From contig NC_043005.1 in NCBI RefSeq assembly GCF_006345805.1, positions 91,264,001 through 91,328,000 on the forward strand: a stretch of 64,000 nt of DNA, read 5' to 3'. Positions 61,860 to 64,000 of the stretch are shown piece by piece. The notes below the pieces were generated by a model. The model was not told where the DNA came from. It was given only the letters and a program-made list of their open reading frames with translations, and searched no databases. The stretch is from Octopus sinensis (taxonomy: Eukaryota). Position 1 is the first letter of the stretch. The number at the start of each line of letters is the position of its first letter. The translations under genes and the position numbers were made by a program.

Positions 61860-63010
61860 GTATCATAATCATCGTCTTTGTTTTATGTCTCCTTTTCCAT
61901 GTTTGCTGAGTTGGATGAGTATTCCACAGCACTATATCTCACCATTTATTGCAGTGATTTATCATTTGTTTTGTAAGCTTCATCCTTCTTCAATCAGCCT
62001 TCACCACTTCTTCCCTTGTTCTTCTTGATTTTCCCCTTTTGCTGATCCCTTCCATTCGGATAACTTGGCACCTTCCTTCATACAGAGCAGTACATGTCTC
62101 TACCTGTCCAGTTGTCTCGTTTATGCGCTACACCTGATTCTTCTACTCTAAACTCATTTCTGATCCATTATTAATGTTGCATAGCTTTACATGCACCAAA
62201 GTATATTTGCTTTATTTCTTTCCAACTTACATCCTTTGAAGTCAACACCCAAGTTTTGCTACCATACAACATTTCAGTCTGTACTTAAGCACACCATACA
62301 ATCTGCACTTAACTTGAACAATTCCTTTGTTGCTGGCAGAGGTCATAACTCAGTGAACTTTATTCATGCCACTCTTATTCTGATTACTATTCTTTCAAAC
62401 ACACTCCTCCGCTGCTAATTTGGTTATATAGATAAAAAAAAAAAGTTGTCAATTTCTTCTAGGAAACTCTCCAAGAAGTTGAAAGAACTTATTTCACGGA
62501 TACTCTTTCTGCTAAATACTTCAATAGATTTGCTACCTATGAAGTCGTTTTCTGTCAGCTTTCTAGTAATTTCACTGCATCTCTTGTGCAGCTCTTCATT
62601 TACAATGGGTACACAGCATGGCATTCATATCTACTCCTTTCTACATATTGGACATAACCACTTCCCAGTAGAAGCTTCTTTCTTAGTAACTGTTCACTTA
62701 AAGATATCTTGATTTTAGGCTTTGCTTCCGCATTTGTAATTTCTTATCTCTAGTTCTTCAACAACTTCATCATCATCATTTTATGTCCATTTTCCAAGTT
62801 GGTAGGAATTGAAACAATCATCACACCCTGAACCAGTTCTTATTTAAGGTCCTTGCTCTCCTATTCATGGACAGCCAAACTCAAACTACTCTATTATGAG
62901 CTAAAAGCATCGTTTTAAAATGGTTTTTAAAAGTTGTGAATTTATTATTGAAATTATTTTATTGTAACAAAAATGAAACCCTAATATCTTTTTCATTCCT
63001 TGTTTCATAG

Positions 63011-63183
63011 GCTCTGCTACCAGTAATGGCACTGTGGTACGTTTATCTGCTACAAAGATAGCTTTAAATCTTCTACGAGAAAAAGGAATCACTGGGCTTT
63101 ATAAAGGTTGTGGAGCCACAATGTTAAGGGATGTCACTTTCTCTGCAATTTACTTCCCATTATTTGCTCATCTCAATGCATTG
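63011..63183 (+). CDS. SLC25A22: Mitochondrial glutamate carrier exon ([57 protein letters not shown])
   Basis: TTCATAG| acceptor, |GTAAGA donor, phase 1 to 0, motif GLYKG.GAT.LRDV.FS..YFP. The third carrier repeat lies beyond the window. Confidence 0.96.
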
Positions 63184-64000
63184 GTAAGATTATAGATATT
63201 TGTACACCATTTTTCCTTTATATCAAGGGCATAATATTTGTTTGCTTTGTATCCTTGACTCCCACCATTTCATACCATGATTCTTACTAGTTGATCTCCT
63301 CCCTCCACCAAATCGATCCCTCACACTCAGTTTTAACTCTAATTTTCTCACTTTTAATTGAAGGACCAAAAAAAAAAACAACAACAAAATGTTATATTCT
63401 ACAATCCTTGTGACAAATAAACTTTAATAATCTCTTAACTTTATTTGGACTGATTTTCCCTAACACTGATCTAACATTGTATCTTTCATTTATTTAATAT
63501 TGCATTAATGAAGAGATAGACCAATAAAGCTATATTGTATTACTAAATTCTTTTCTTATAAAACCTATGACTAACATTTGTGTAGCTAAGTAAACTGGTT
63601 GTAGAAGTTTTGGCAGCTAAGTGAACTAGTTGTTAAGATTTTGGTAGTTCACCACTGGTTATAATCTTTAAGAAAATACATTTTCGTTAACACCAACATC
63701 AAAATGAAAATCAAATGGAAATTGTAGTTAAGATACCTGTGCCGGTGACATGTTAAAAGCACCATCCGAACGTGGCAGTTGCCAGCGCCGTCTGACTGGC
63801 GTCCATGTCGGTGACATGTAAAAGCACCAACCGATCGTGGCCGTTTGCCAGCCTCCTCTGACCCCTGTGCCGGTGGCACGTAGAAAACACCCACTACACT
63901 CACGGAATGGTTGGCGTTAGGAAGGGCATCCAGCTGTAGAAACACTGCCAGATCAGACTGGAGCCTGGTGCAGCCTCCTGGCTTCCCAGACCCCGGTCAA

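Noticed and set aside
45858-63183. Aspartate/glutamate carrier (SLC25A12/13) rather than GC1
   Set aside because: No EF-hand exons found upstream, and KIINGAIAG and KIQLQDAGR are GC1/GC2-type. SLC25A22 versus SLC25A18 cannot be resolved for an invertebrate gene.

Overview
Repeat-rich, AT-rich animal genomic DNA. The SINE, RTE and Penelope content suggests Octopus (inferred, not searched). The only clear host gene is a + strand mitochondrial glutamate carrier (SLC25A22/GC1-like). It has five consecutive, phase-consistent coding exons (45858-45992, 54226-54281, 59644-59734, 61297-61415, 63011-63183), a probable non-coding first exon near 1.3-1.6 kb, an unresolved start-codon exon, and a 3' end beyond the window. 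Its introns hold many RTE-clade LINE copies (one nearly intact, with a PHD-like finger inside ORF2 and a variable 63-bp repeat in the 3' UTR), tRNA-derived SINEs, an RT-less Gypsy LTR element, Penelope-like remnants, Helitrons, Chapaev3, Tc1/mariner and piggyBac-like DNA elements, an L1/Tx1 fragment, a 1.16-kb TA/TG microsatellite and one 100-N gap. Best leads: several minimal hammerhead-ribozyme motifs, best preserved antisense to the host gene; long intronic hairpins; an ATG-TGA start in the best candidate first coding exon; and a fossil gene that can be reassembled across three insertions. Repeat boundaries were read by eye and are approximate unless TSDs or TIRs are quoted.
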